The notes below the pieces were generated by a model. It ran no database searches, was not told the origin of the DNA, and saw only the letters and a list, made by a program, of their open reading frames with translations. The translations under genes were made by a program, and so were the position numbers. A DNA stretch of 63,417 bases, counting the filler, from Choristocarpus tenellus KU-1152 (Eukaryota; Protista; Phaeophyceae), in NCBI GenBank assembly GCA_964200185.2. It is 7 parts of 7 records of this genome, joined end to end, with 100 filler letters (N's around TTAATTAATTAA, not from the genome) between each part and the next. Parts side by side here need not be neighbours in the genome. Positions count along the whole stretch, not along the records: positions 36,168 to 40,907 come from CAXNAD020013252.1; positions 41,008 to 43,757 come from CAXNAD020025056.1; positions 43,858 to 55,919 come from CAXNAD020002003.1; 4 more parts are not named here. One strand, written 5' to 3'. Below, piece by piece: positions 39,951 through 54,294 of this stretch (positions are counted from its first letter, which is position 1; every line of letters begins with the position of its first letter).

Positions 39951-42299
39951 TCCGCTATACCGCTAGAGGGCGTCCTACTCGTGTTCTCCGATCACTATGT
40001 TCGTGTCCTACAGAGTAGCCACACACTGCAATCCCTTCAACCACACGTTTACTCCTTTACTCTGAAACGCACGCTATATTGTGCTCACATTTGCTCACTT
40101 GAATCCTATGTGATTGTGTATTTCATTCGTCCATCTCCCCGATCAGTCTGGGGGGGGTGGAGGACGGGAGTTGTAAGAGTGGGGGAAGGCAGAGGACCAT
40201 TGCGAGGATGCTCTCGCTTGACGACTGCAATAATGGGAATAGAGCGGCGAAACTCAGACGTTAGGATCTCTGGGGCTGAGGGAAGGGTGGGGAATGTGCG
40301 TCGAACTAGACGACCAGACATGGATAATATAAAGGAGATTCATTTCCAGGTGCGCATGTCAACAGAAAAGCAAGGAGCGCTTAGACTGGTCAGGATGATG
40401 TGGATGTAGCACCTGCACTTTGTTGACCGGTTTTTTTACTCATACGTGTCAGGACATTCCCTGCAGCCTTCATCCTATTGCATCAGTGGGATGGTTGATA
40501 CTGGTATTTTGAGTGCCTTGTTAGACGAGTCAGGGCCTTCAAGGGCCGACCAGGTGGAGTTCGAAGAATGATTGCTCGTGTTTGTTCAGTCTTTGGCATT
40601 TCCGACTGCCAATATAACCCACCGGTTTTCTGAGGACAGTTTATATAGTTGCAGATAATGTACACAAAAGGTCATCCTACATTCTCAATTAGGGTTTTGC
40701 TCCTGTTACCACGCTTCACATTTAGACATTCCCGGGTATCATCTTCGATGTGGGTCATGCCGAAGAGGAAGTATGCGGCAGTCTGGTCCAGTGGTAATAT
40801 ACATATCGAGCACCCCATCCAATGGCAACAAGTGTATCCAGTTACTACTTGTACCACTGTTGTGCATGTGAGGAAAGGAAAAACGCCTCTTTGTGACAGG
40901 TTGCCCTNNNNNNNNNNNNNNNNNNNNNNNNNNNNNNNNNNNNNNNNNNNNTTAATTAATTAANNNNNNNNNNNNNNNNNNNNNNNNNNNNNNNNNNNNN
41001 NNNNNNNGGTCTGCTGGCTTTGATCCTGTCTTCCTTGCTTTGGGTAATCTCAACTCCAGTCCTGGTATGGGACCATCTCCAGAAGCAGGAGAGGGTAAGA
41101 GTAGAACGGGTGTAATGTAAGGTAACACAATGCTCCTTTTGCTAGTGCTGATAAGGCATGGTATTGCTGAGGAATGCACTTCCTGTAGTGTTCAACTCTT
41201 GCTCTAGCCCCCATTGGTATCTTATATGATAGCCGATTTGAAGCTTGCACTGTAATTGTGTTTGATTTTTTTTTTGTTACCATTGCGGTACATACATAAA
41301 ACTGAACGTAATGCACAGTTTTTCTTTAACAGTATCGTAACACTTTGCAGAGGTCAGGCTCGATGACATGTTCCTTGAAAAATCCGATCTACTTAAAACC
41401 TATATTCCTACAGTACTTAATCCCACCTTTGATGCTGTTGCCAGGAGAAATTGCATGGTTGATAATGATCTCCACTATAGCTCTACCTCGTGAGTTTTTC
41501 TATTTTGGTGACCGAATGGTGACACCAATATTACCTGGAAGGAGGCCAGGTGTTAGAATTGCTGTTCATGCTTTTGATGCTAGGTGAATGTGTATGCTTC
41601 TCAAATGGTTGACACTCCTTTAGGGAGGCGTGACCTTCCGCTTCTGTGTCGCACATCCACTGCTATGGTTGTAAACCCTAAGTATGCTATCGTTAAGTCT
41701 TGTGATGTTGATATTTAGGAGCTTTGCGAGTTGGTCATGTCAATGATGTAAACATTTGTTCCGATATTCGCCATCAGAACACAAAAAATTCCCCTATTTG
41801 TTCACGTATACTCAGTATATGGCAGAATCACTGGTTGCTTGTTTTCAACCTCAAAAACAATGGACAAATTAGAAAAAAAGGGCGTAGAGATCTACATGGT
41901 TGATGTACAGTAGGTCGTGGTGCAGGTTTTCTCTTGAGCCATTGCAAGGAAATGGGTTCAAGCTGATTGCTCTCCCTTTTGCTTATCATCTTCTCAATAT
42001 TTAGACTCTGTCCTACCAGAGACAGAACACTTGAAAATCCTGCTTCCTCTCACTAACAATGTCATTCCACCCATCTGTCTTCTGCCACAGTCATGCTTTG
42101 GTAGGAGCAGCATCCGCCAGGGACTAACCTTCGAATTGATCACGGCTATTTTCAGAGTAATTGTGTGGATGATAGCATCGATTATTTGCACTGCTGCTAT
42201 GGGCATTGTCATGCCCATGCTCCATACATTGTTGTGGTTACGGGGTGTGCTGAGCATCTTTCAATGGTATAATTGAAGCTTAACCAGGAAAAGGAGCAG

Positions 42300-42903
42300 C
42301 ACAGATGGAGACCCTTTGGGGACCGATTGTGCAAGGGACCGATTGTGCAAGGGAAATGTGGTCTGACTGGGAGAAAGCCAAAAATATTTCAGCAAGATGT
42401 TTCCTAAAGGAGACCTCACAATTTGATATCAGGTCCTTCCTACAAAGGACTGCTGGCCTGAAGCTTGAAAGCTTGCTCGAGTGCATTGAGGACTCCTTCA
42501 AGGACAAAAATGTGAGTGAATGGGGTGGACTATTTGAATGTACTGATACGAACTTCTCACCACTCTGTCCATACTTAGACTTCCCACCGCTGCTGCATCT
42601 CTATGGACCTTCACTCCACAGTGGAATATTAACATTCCCAGTTGCTGTAAATATATATGTATTCGCCATAGAGCCCTACTGTTGTGATCTGAAGCTCTTG
42701 CTGTATGCATGCGATCCCCCTCTTCCCAATTTTGATAAGATATTTTCCCGTGATAATATATGCAGGGCAACCTTTGGGAGGATGAGGGCAAAAATTAGGG
42801 ATTGGCTGTAGAGCACCTTCGGCAGTACAGGGTGTATGCTCGCCAAGATCTGAAAGACGAAGTCAACAGTCTTGATGTCGCTGATTCGAGACAAAAACAC
42901 TGA
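42300..42903 (+). pseudogene. Possible gene or pseudogene fragment of unknown function
   Basis: METLWGP...IEDSFKDKN|gtgagt can join gcag|GNLWEDEGKN*GLAVEHLRQYRVYARQDLKDEV..., which has an internal stop. No family recognised. Confidence 0.25.
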
Positions 42904-43688
42904 TGACAAACTTCAGCTCAATGCCTCGTATCCTTCTAGAATTGAAGGCACGGCCACTGCTTCTCTTCGGTAGATGTTTTATCCGTTTGCAACATCTTCT
43001 CCTTGAGTTGTGTGAGGCATTATAAGTATATCGTATACTTATACTATTATATACTTCGTACTTTTTTCTGGTTGTCAGGATGTACCTAATTGGTTTGTGT
43101 ATTGTATTAGATGGATGGGTCTGTATGTTTTATCGATGAGTGGACAATATATAGACGTATTGATGGATGGATGGATCTTCCTTGCTCGATCGTAAGGGAG
43201 GATGTTGAATTTTGTTCGTTGGAATCGTTGTTAGACGTTGTACACCTCTTGGATCAAGTTCACCCCTCTAGCGTGTGTTTGACTGTTAGCGAAAATGGCA
43301 TTTTTATTTCTGTTGTACGACATATTGTGTATTGTGCTAGGTATATTTTTCTGTACTTGCAGTGTCGAAGTATAAAGCATATCATTTATGATGGTATTAG
43401 AACCTGCCATGGAACTTGCCCTCCTTCTATTGATCGGTTGTCCTTGAACCTGCAAGGTATTGTGCCATAAATTTAGGTCCTCTTCGTACCTGTATTATAC
43501 GTCCCAAGTTTCAAAACGACCAACCAACTTCACTCTTCAGGCAAGAAATGTTTGCAGGTTGTGTTGAATTTAATGGTGTGACAAATTCATTCAGAGGCTG
43601 ACCGTGTTGTACTCGCTGTGATGGCGCGTTCTGATAGTGCTAAAAACGCTAGCACAATAAATCGTTGTTCAATTACTACTAAATCTGA

Positions 43689-43899
43689 GACCCAAAGTAT
43701 CTGAGGGGAGGGGGGGGTCTACACAAGAGTGTTCATTTGGACCAAAACCAGGAAAAGNNNNNNNNNNNNNNNNNNNNNNNNNNNNNNNNNNNNNNNNNNN
43801 NTTAATTAATTAANNNNNNNNNNNNNNNNNNNNNNNNNNNNNNNNNNNNNNNNNNNNCAAATGGACAACCCCCACACACCCCCCCAGATACTTTGGGCC
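43689..43899. mobile_element. MITE family 2 ends on both sides of a linker gap (left end 43689-43757, right end 43858-43899)
   Basis: GACCCAAAGTATCTGAGGGG...GTTCATTTGG on the left and CAAATGGAC...CCCCCAGATACTTTGGGCC on the right. No matching target duplication, so these may be two different insertions. Confidence 0.7.
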
Positions 43900-43994
43900 C
43901 GGGGAAGTATATCCTTGGGGAACCGATGGTGGAGGTGATGCCCATGCTGGAGGACACCATTACCCTTCTTCGTGGTGCTGATGGCAGAGGATTG

Positions 43995-44139
43995 CACTTC
44001 CGGTTTGAACAACAGTGTGTGAGAGGTACTGTGTTGAGACACCACTTCTGATCTGAATAACAGTGGATGAGAGGCGCTGTATTGGGACACTGCTTACAGT
44101 TTGAACAACGGTAGATACGAGGCCCTGTGTTGAGACATC
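43995..44139. repeat. 48-bp tandem repeat, 3 copies
   Basis: CACTTC.G.T.TGAA.AACAGT..G.GAGAGG..CTGT.TTG.GACAC at 43995, 44043 and 44091. Confidence 0.8.
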
Positions 44140-44599
44140 AACCCAAATACATGATTTACCACAGAGAGGGGCCAGTCAACTGCCCTCATGAGGCCAGACG
44201 GGGTGACTGCCAGCTGCAGAATGTCTAGCTTGTTGCAGGAAAGTATGACATGCAGCAGGGAGCAACTCGGGGCAGTTGGTTCTGGGCAAGATGGACAACA
44301 ACCTGATTAGTTGTGACAGGAGGATAGTCTCCTACTCTATATTATTGTTTATTTGGCGTTTTCAATCTGCTTGTATGAATTTTCCTCTTTGTTCTGAACT
44401 AAATTGGACATGATAGTGTGGGGGCATGCTTCTTTTCTTACACTTGTAGAGATATTTTCCACTATTTTCATAGTAAAATTGACCGAGTTTATTACATCTG
44501 GTTCAAAATTAACTTGGTTAACTGTTAATTTTTTTGCTTTGTTGGAGACTTTTCTTTAGTTTACACCTCTGTATATCTATGATTTTTTGGAATATTGAG

Positions 44600-45270
44600 A
44601 TTTTGTTCTTTTGTGGATGACTTCCCTTGATACTTTCATTGTGTGAGTGTGGGGATCTTTCATTATTTATGTCACAGTATTCACAGTGTGATCAGATCTT
44701 TGTCTTCTGTTGTTTGTGTCTCTGAGTCTTTCATACATACCATTTTCTGTTGGAGCACTTTACTTATGTGCTGTGACTTCATGTTGCTGTAAGTATTTCT
44801 ACTTAGAAGACTACTTCAACTTGTGTGGTTCAGTGTTTATATATGATGACACTCCAAAATGCCAGGGGTGGATTTTATATCCTTGAACTTCCACACACAT
44901 CCTACATGCAATCTTCACAGGATCTTCTATACAAAGGCTTTTTCTTTGAATCCAGGACAGAGTCATAGTCAAAAAGGAGTTGAAACTGTGGTTGCCAAGA
45001 ATTTTTTGTGGTTTGTGCTGTTGACACTTTATGTACCAATAGTGAACGGAATAATTGGTACTGCACTTTCGACCAAGTACATACAAGAAGTAAAAAGTTG
45101 AAAGAAATAATATAGGGAAAAGAGCTAGTTGTCGACGTATGATAAGAGTGATTGACATTTGTTGATCAAAGAATGAGCAATTGATGACAAAGTACAGGTT
45201 AGGTAAAGATTTTTTCCTCATGGACAAGTGAATCTCACTTTGCTTCAAACAATGGGTAAATAGCATGTAA
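44600..45270 (-). mobile_element. Highly decayed copia RT/RNase H remnant
   Basis: Minus-strand fragments CLKQSE (GLKQS-like), LLSYVDN (YVDD-like) and HKRTK occur in the expected order. Confidence 0.4.
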
Positions 45271-45409
45271 AACCCTCCGAAGAGTGCTGGGGATCATCAA
45301 AGTTACTTAAACAGTGATGTTTTGCTAGAAAATTTCAAGCCCTGAAAGCACACGCTGTCAACCCCCCCCCCCCTCCCTTGCGAAATATTACTTGGAGTAG
45401 GAGTATCAT

Positions 45410-48400
45410 GTTTGTGTACTTTCACATTCTTTAGATGGATTCAAATCCGTATTTTTTTTTAACCGACCCAAATATCTGTAAGATAAGAAGTGACTTGAGC
45501 GGCAATTTTTGCAGTAAATCATGTAACAGGTTTTTGACACAGGATAGATCCAAAACAACTATTTGGTTGTTATAGCTGCTCAATATCTGTAAGACATTAA
45601 TTGCAACTGAAGCGGCAACACTTTGCAGGATTTTTCTGAAGTGTCTGTTACACATTGGATGGATCAAAGACCATTGTTTGACAGTTGTACCTGCTAAGTA
45701 TCCACAGCTTACAAGAAGTGACTTGAGCAGTAACCTTTTCCAGCATTTTCAAAGTGGAAGCTACGTGTTGCTTGGATGAATCCAAAATTGTTGTTTGACA
45801 GTTGTGCCAGTCCAATACCCATAAGATAGATATCAATAGTGTGGCTTGACCAGCACGTTTTGCAGATCATATTACAAAACATTTAGTACAGTTTGCTTGG
45901 ATTAATACTAGAACGTTGCTTATCCATCGTATCTGATCGTTATCCGAAAGAGATACCAAGAATAACTTCAACTTCAACTTTTCTTATTATCTCAAAAATG
46001 TGTCAGTAATATGATGCTTGGATGGATCCATATCTGTAGTGGATTGTTCATCTACCTGCCCAATAAAAGATTCTAATGGTGACTCGAGCAACAACATTTT
46101 GCAATGATTCACAAATGGGTAAACATATACATTCTGTGGATACATCCCAACCAGTTGTTTGACTGTTTTACCTGCCAAATGTCCAGAAGATACAAACGCT
46201 TCCTTGTGAGGTAATATGCTGCAGTGAATCACATTCGTATCACTTCACATTGCTTGGGTGGATCCAAAACCCTTCGTTGACATTTGTATCTTGCCCAATA
46301 TCCACAGCATACCAAGATGACTTGAGCGGCAATATCTTGCAACACTTTTCAAAAGTGTCGACTACACATAGCTTGGATCAAATTCCGTGTTTTAACCGTT
46401 GCATCTTCACAATATCCTCAACTTACCATTTGGATATTGAGCGCAACATTTTGCTGTTGATCGTATACATATATCATTGACACTTTAGTTGGATCCAAAA
46501 TCGCGTTTTGACTGTTTTACCTACTCAACATCCATAAGATACCCATGATGACTTGAGCTGAATAGTTTGCATTGAACCACAGATGTCTAACTGTGCACCA
46601 AATAGAGCACACCAAATTCGTTGCTTGAATGTTGTAACCACCCAATATCCAGAAGTTGCAAGTGCTGACATGCGTGTGGCAACATTTTATGGTTAATCAC
46701 ATTTGTGTCAGCCACACATTGCTTGGATGGATCCATATTTGTTTTTTGGCCGCTGTACCAGCCCAGTATACGTAAGATTATATATGATGACTAGAAACTG
46801 AGACATGTGTGGTTCAATGCAAAACAAAATGTATCAAAATGTATCAAAATGTATCAAAATGTATCAAAAATGTATCAAAATGTGCATTGAGGTGCGTATT
46901 TTGCATTGAACCACAGATATCTCAGCTCACATTGCTTGGATGGATCCAAGGCGTTTGCTTAGCTGTTGTACCTGTCAAATATCCCTAAGATACCAGTGGT
47001 AATTTGAATAGCAACATTTTGATATAAATTGCATGTGTGTCAGTTATACATTGCTTGGATGGATCCAATTTTGTTTGCCCATTGTATCAGCCATAATTTA
47101 CCAATGGTCACTTGAGCACCAACATTTTGTAATTGATCACATATCACTGTCATTGAAAATTCCTTCAATAGATCAAACACTACTGTTTGACCATTTTTCC
47201 TACCCAATATGCATAAGATATCAATATTGTCTTGAGCTGCATACATTGCACCAAACCACAGAGTATTATTATATATTATGATACTCTTTGTTATAGGTAT
47301 GTACAAAACAATTTAAGAAAAAATGGTAATATTGTATATATACTAAAATCTAAAAGCTGAAGGAGTTAAAAATACTTTTCATTGCAAAGAAGCTAAATTT
47401 ATGAGGTTCATTTATAGGAATGAACAAATCGTGTTATCTATGAAATGTTTTCAAGCACCAACAGTATAAGGATCCAGATTCGTTTTTTGACCATTGTACC
47501 TGCCCAATGTCTGTTGAAGACACCAATTGTGATTTGAGAATAATATGTGTCAGCTATACATTGCTTGGATGGATCCAAATTCATTGTTTGACAATTGTAC
47601 AGGCCCAATATATCCATAAGATTGCAAGGGTGACTAGACCGGCAATATTTTGCAGTGAGTCACATATATGCCATTGGTACTTTTACTTTAGATGGATGGA
47701 TCCAAAGTCATTCTTTGACCATTGTACTTGCCCAATATCCGTATGATATCTGTGACTAGTAAAATCATGTATGTGTCAGCCACACATTGGATCCAAATCC
47801 ATTGTTTAGACACTGTACCAGCCCAATATCGGTCAGATGCCAATGGTAAATTGAGCCGCAGTAACAGTTTTCACATGAGTGTCATTGAAGAATTGGTTCA
47901 ATGCAGAACATCTAACACCATCAAAATCCATATGATACTAAATGTGAATTGAGCACCAACATGTTGCAGGATTTTTCTGAAGTGTCAGATATGTGTTGGT
48001 TGGATGGATGTGAAACCTTTGTTTGACAGTTGTTCTTGCCCAGTATCCATAAGAAACGAATGTTATCTTGAGCGAAACATTTTGCATTAAATGAAATGTC
48101 AGTGACATACTGGTTAGGTGGGTCCAAATTGGCTGGTTTGCTGTCGTACTTACCCAACATCTAAAAGATAACAGGTGGCTCTTGAACGGCAATATTTTGC
48201 TGCACATTTTCAAAATTTGAGATTTACATATTGCCTAGATTAATCCTACACTATTATTTGACTATTGTCTCTGACTATTCATAAGATGCCAAGGGTGACT
48301 TGAATGACAATGATGAGCAGCATTTTCCAAAGGTGCCATGCACTCATTGGTTAGATCGATCCAAAAACGTTGTTTGACCTATTACCGGTCCAATACTCTA

Positions 48401-48430
48401 TGTAAGAGATTTAAAGAGTAAATTTGATGA
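45410..48430. repeat. Degenerate ~118-bp satellite, block 1 (about 25 units)
   Basis: Approximate consensus CACATTGCTTGGATGGATCCAAA..GTTGTTTGACCATTGTACCTGCCCAATATCCATAAGATACCAA.GGTGACTTGAGCGGCAACATTTTGCAG. Anchor spacings are 114-123 bp (e.g. 46018, 46136, 46254, 46373). Confidence 0.9.
46825..46882. repeat. 10-bp tandem repeat (CAAAATGTAT), about 5 copies, inside the satellite
   Basis: Read directly from the sequence. Confidence 0.9.
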
Positions 48431-48999
48431 TATTCAAAATGCGATTAACTAATTGGAATTTCAGTTATTGTGATGTGCAGTTGTAACACATTCCAGTTTG
48501 ATGGTCAATCTCCCAATTAATTGAAGCTTAGTAATATGAGAATAAGCTTGAAATAAATCAATTATTTTGTCAGTCTCTTGCCCCGAAAAATGTCGCCCCG
48601 TATGGGACTAAACAAAAAAATATTTGCAAAAGATAAAGGACTTCGAGTGGAACCCTCATTAAAACTCTGACCTTGTAAAGACAAAGGGTATGCCATTGTC
48701 CAAACTCAAGCACTGCATCTCTTCTTCATCAAAGGCAGGATGTGTAACGCTCAGTTGATCATTCTGATACACTGTGGTGTGTCACTGACCTATCAGATAA
48801 CATGATGAACAGTGGTGTAATAACTGAATAATCATTTGTTGCTACTGGTAACCAGTGATGTGGTCACTAAACTATTATTTCATGATACTAATGAACAGTG
48901 ATACCTTCACTGCACTAGTTGTACTTATTAATATACAGTGATATGTTCCCAGAACTATCAGTACTTTTGTAATGGTTAACGGTCCATCACAAAGGTAAT

Positions 49000-50790
49000 T
49001 TTTCATCAATGACCATCATTCATTGGATTGCTTCTTCAATGGTCATTCATTGGATTGCTAAATCATCATTTGCATACCTCAATGTTGCCGCCACTGGAAA
49101 TGTTCAGCAATACCCATTTGGTGTCTTTCAAAAACTGGTTTTCACTTGGTGCATGTTGGAGGTTGATATCCTTGAACCAAGTTTATCATGTAGGATAATC
49201 TTACATGTGTTTACTTCTGACTCTGTAAGATCCGTGATTAGCCACTTGTATAGATTTCTCCTTATCCACCATATTTCTACTGAATTAATCGATTGATTCA
49301 TCAATTTCATGCAGTAATGACCTCCAGTAAAGCTCTTGCACAGAACATAATGTGGTTACTTCTGCTTAAATTGAAAACATAGCTACTATGTCCCTTAGAA
49401 CTCCAAACTAGGGCAGCATTTCCAAGTGAAAACATGTAACCGTTGGTAGATCTTATACTTTTCTTGTTCAAGCAAGCAGCATTTGAAAATCCAATAGTTT
49501 CGAGATAACCTCTCTTGTGTGTGTCAGGGATAGGTCAGTTATTCCTCTGACATATCTCAGATATCTTTTTGCAACATCAAGTCATGGTTATTTGGTTTGT
49601 TCAGGGATTGAGATAACTATAAAATAAAATAGCAAATCCTGAATTCGGTCTAGTCCAAGTTTGTAGATACTCTGACGATCCAGTGATAATACATGGTAAA
49701 AGTTTATTTAAGTTCTATCCAGCTTCTCAGTATACTGAATTTTTTTGTCAACTGGGGATTGTCTCCCTGGTATTTTGGTGCTGTTGCACTCAGTCGTGCT
49801 GTATGTATGTAGACAATATGATATTGTTATGCATATTTCTTTGCAATATCTTTGTTGCTCTTGCATCATGATACGTCCTTTCGTCTAATATCTATTTGAC
49901 TCTACAAAGGTCTTTCATTTCAAATTTACTAATAAGATAGTTCTTACCTGGATTTACCAGCAGAGTGGAACTTCCAAAAGTCAAGGCATCTTTGACTCAT
50001 AAAGATAGTATCACAACCATTTCCGCTTCTGTGAATGTCAATACTTGGGTCTCTCGCTAGTGATTTAAACTCAGATTTAACGATTTAACAGGTGTATCTG
50101 TGAATGTTATGTTCCAACTTTAAGAGATTGCTTTAGTCCAGAAGGACTTTCTTTAACTTGCAAACTTGGACTTCAAGTCAAGTGTGAGAGACCATTTCAA
50201 TAAAACCTGGGCAGCCAAGTTGGATTTACATGCATCCCTTCCTAGGAATCGATGGGCTTGCCAGAATGCACTGTTCATGCCTAAACATGTGACTTCCCAG
50301 TTTCTACCATTTGAGATATATTGAGGTTCATATAACCTCATGGAAATTTAAACTTAGCTTGTGAGACTTCCCAAGATTCTTGCAAGAGGAATTAATGGCC
50401 TTGGATCTTTGAGTGGGATCTTAAGTGTCTGTCCATAATATTAGGTGTGTAAGCCTCTCTCTGAGGAACTGCAGGATGGAAAAATTGGCAGTATAGAATA
50501 GTGAACGCCAAATTGATTTGGGACCACCCAAATAAGTTGAAAAGTTGACACATTTTAACTTTCTAACACGACCTTGTGGCCAATTGTGTAAGTCATTGAG
50601 AATTGACCACCTGTCTGACGTGAGCAAAAATTAAGATCTTTGTATATCTTTTTAGCTTGGCTTCTATAGCACTATAAATAGCTCTGAGGGCTACAGGACT
50701 CAACAGGTATCCTTGTGCCTTGTCTAAGGATATATGGAACTAGATTGATTGCTTCTCTGTCTTGGCCTTGTGTTGTGGACCCATCTTGGT
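49000..50790 (-). mobile_element. Decayed Ty1/copia pol (RT-RNase H) interrupting the satellite
   Basis: Frameshifted minus-strand fragments SWNITFTD, FKSLARDPSI, VVILSL*VKDALTFGS (degenerate YVDD), LISKFEMKDL, WTRPN, KRYLRYVRGITD and AE...VQELYW follow copia order. Confidence 0.75.
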
Positions 50791-50819
50791 TTCTGATCAA
50801 ATTGAGTGATAACATATTT

Positions 50820-53720
50820 CGGTGAATAACAAAAATTCAGTTACATATTGCTGGATGGATCCAAGACTGTTGTTTGACCGATTTACCTACCTAATATCCT
50901 TAAGATGGCAGCAATACTTTCTTGAAGTATCCGTCACAAATTGATTGGATGGATATGTTATCTGCCCAATATGCATGGGATAAAAGTTTGACATGAGTGA
51001 CAACATTCTTCAGCATTTTGAAGTGTGAATTAGTAATTGCTTGGATGGATGTAAAGCCATTACCTGACCAATGTACATGCTCTATGTGCATGGCAGACTA
51101 AGCTAACTTGACTTGCATCCATTTTTCAGTCTTTTTTTAATTGTGAAGTACACATTCCTTGGATTTATCTAAATCCATTGTATTACCATTGTACCCGACC
51201 CATATTAGTAAGATCCCAATTGTGACTTGAGCACTAATATTTATAATCCGTTACATGTATGTCCTTGTATACTGCTAAAACCATTTTTCCCTGTTGTACC
51301 TGCCCAATTACCTTGAGGTACCAATACCAAAGTTGTCTTGAGTGGCACATTTCACAGTGAATCATCTGTCAAGAACAGATAGTTGGATTAATCCGAATTT
51401 GTTGCTTCACCATTGTAACTGCCCAGTATTTATAGGATGCCAATTGGGACTTGGGTATCAACATTGCCATTCGTTTTCAAACGTGTCACTTGAATGTTGT
51501 GTGGATTGATTCTAGATTATTTGTTGTTTGACCAATGTGTCTGATCACTATCCAAAAGATACCAACAGTGACTTGAGAGCAACAAACAGCAGATTTTCCC
51601 AAAGTGCCATACACACATTGATTTATTCAATCAATTCAAAGTCACTATTTCACCATAATACCTGACTAACATCATAAATTCGAACGGTTAATTGATTGGC
51701 AACATTTTGCGGCGAATTACATCAATTTGGTTTATACACTACTTAGATGGATTCAGAAGTGTTGTTTGACCAAAATACCTGGCAACATCTGCAAGATACC
51801 AACAGTGACTTAATTGACCGGGAACATTTTGCAGCATTTTCCATATATATATCCGACCGTTGCTTGACCGTTGTAATTGTTCAATATTATTGAAATACAA
51901 ACTGGAACTTGAGCGACATCACTTTGCAGCATATTTTCAAAAACGTGAGTGTTTTGATGGATCCAAGACCGTTATTTGACCATGATTTCTGTCTGCCTAA
52001 CATCGATATAATACCAATGGTGACTTGAGCAGCACATTTTGTAAAAAATATCGTATGTCAGTTACACATTGCTTGAGTGGATTAGAATTGGTTGCTTCAC
52101 TGTCATACCTGATCAGCACCAATTTATATGCCAAGGTAACTTGAGTGGCAACATTTTTCTTTTTCTAAGTGTCAGCTACACATAGCGCTGATCAATCTAA
52201 AACCGTTGTTTGATCTTCGTACAGGCCCAACATCCATGACATCAAGTATTGTTTACACATTGCTTGGATATGCTACCTATCTGCCCAGTATGCATGACAT
52301 AAACATCTAACTTGAGCGCTAACATATTGCACCATTTCTTAAAATCAGATTTATTGCTTGGATAGATATATTATAAAGCTCGTAACCATTGTACCTTCCT
52401 AACATCCATGAAACACTAAGTTGCGTTGAGCAGCTTCCTCTGCAGCATTTGTTTCAAAATTGTCACATACACATTGGTTGGATATATTCCAATCTGCTGT
52501 TTGGCCATTGGTTGTACCACCCCAATATCCTCAAGATACTAAGGTTTTTTCAGCGGTATTATCTTTCAACATTTTTCAAAAGTGTAAGTTGCACATTGGT
52601 TGGATGGACGCAAATTCGTTGCTTGACCATTGTACCTGTTTCCAATATATAGATGACATGTAGGGCATCGGTTTTCAGCATTTTTCATAAAGTGTGGACT
52701 ACACACTGCTTGGCCGGATTCTAAACTGTTGTTTGATCTTGCTAAATACTCAAGAGATACCAATGGTGACTTCAGTAGCAATATTTACTTTTTCATCAGT
52801 TTGCATCATTTTGCAAAATTGTCCCTTACATACGTACTAGGATCAATTAAAAACTATTGACACTTGCACCATCTCAATATTAAATTAAAAGGTTACATAG
52901 AGTGGAAACTTTTTGCAGTATTTCCAGTGTCATTAACAGACATTGCTTGGATTTCAAATGTGTTGGTTGACTATTTTACCTCCCAATGTTCACAACATAC
53001 TAAGGTAATTTGACCAGCCACAGTGTGAAGCATTTTTTAATAGTGTTGGCTACAGGTTGCTTCATTCCAGAACCTGTGTTTCACCGTTGTACCTCCCAAT
53101 GCCCAAAAGATACCAGTTTCGATATCACTAACAACATGTTGCTGTATTTTTCCAAAGTGTGACGTACATCATGCTTGAATGGGTCCAAAACCGTTTTGAC
53201 GTTTGTACGTGTATAATATCAATAATATTCCAAGGGTGACTTGAGAGGCCATAATTTGCAGCATCTTCCAAAATTTTCAGTTCCACAGTGTATGGATTGA
53301 TCAAAAAAATATTGTTTGGCCATTTTACGTGCACCATTTATCTATGGGGTACCAATTGCGACTTGAACTGCAATTTTGTACAGTATGTTTTATAGGTGTT
53401 AGTTACACATTGCTTGATGAATGTAAAATCCATTTTCTCACCTTTCCACCTAATCAATATCCTTATGATACTACCATCATCTAAACCGCAAAATATTGCA
53501 GTGCTTCCTCAAGTTAGTTGACGGTTGCACCTTCTTATTCCATCCATAACATGTCAACTTGACTTGATACCAACATTTGGCATACTTTCAGTATGTGTCA
53601 GACATTCCTTGGATCCATTCAAGGAAATTATGTGCACCTTCCCCAATATCCACAAGATACCAAGTTTTGTCTCTAATGATCAGAAGATTTTGTCCCTCAT
53701 TGTATCCTTGCACAGTATAT
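50820..53720. repeat. Degenerate ~118-bp satellite, block 2 (about 25 units, same orientation as block 1)
   Basis: Same consensus, with GTGACTTGAG-type anchors at 51222, 51568, 51805, 52020 and others. Confidence 0.9.
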
Positions 53721-54036
53721 GCCTTTGTGTGCCTACAGTTAAGAGTGGGGGTTATTGAGGTGGAAGAGGAAGCGTGCCAAGCTGAAGGGCGAGAGTCGAC
53801 TACATTGTGCAAGTGTCTCTGTGAATTGGACTTTGTGTATTGTGTGGATCAAACACATGAACTTCAGAGTCCCATTTATTGCGCACCCTACTATAGGTGG
53901 GAGGTTTTCTGGAATTTGTTAAAGAGATGGACTGGGGTGGTATGGAGATGATATTGCTGCAGTTCTTCTGGACTACACAGTATGTTCATTTTGGGGTTAT
54001 TTAGGGGTAACACATCCCTTCAGTTTTCTTGGATTT

Positions 54037-54294
54037 GAGTGAAAGTATCTTAGACGGTACGAGTTTTGCCCTGTTTGTCCATTTGGGGCTTGGCTTCCCT
54101 CGAGGTTTTTTATGACATTTTCCTACTCCAAAATATTTCGGAGTAGGTAAAATGTGTGCGTTATGAAAAGGTGTGTCCGAAAGAAGGATATTAACACTTC
54201 CTAGCAAACACGAAAGCCAAAATTACATCAAAATCGCAACATTGGATTTGGCCCCCAAATGGACGTGACTCTACCTTCTATGATACTTTGGCTC
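54037..54294. mobile_element. MITE family 1, copy 3
   Basis: GAGTGAAAGTATCTTAGACGGTA ... TACCTTCTATGATACTTTGGCTC, flanked by ATTT/GTTT. Confidence 0.9.

Noticed and set aside
43689-43899. A single intact MITE spanning the gap
   Set aside because: The flanks (CTGA and CGGG) give no target duplication, and contig adjacency is not assured.
48640-48730. tRNA or tRNA-derived SINE-like stretch
   Set aside because: I could not build a cloverleaf or convincing A/B boxes.
49960-50090. Penelope-like RT or RNA-virus relic (FKSLARDPSIDI...)
   Set aside because: Neighbouring fragments (SKFEMKDL, KRYLRY, TRP) fit copia RT in order, and DPSI corresponds to the copia DPC motif.
45410-53720. Tandem protein-repeat gene or exon-shuffling array (LRR/TPR type)
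   Set aside because: The period of about 118 bp is not a multiple of 3, indels and stops are frequent, and no consistent splice pairs are visible.
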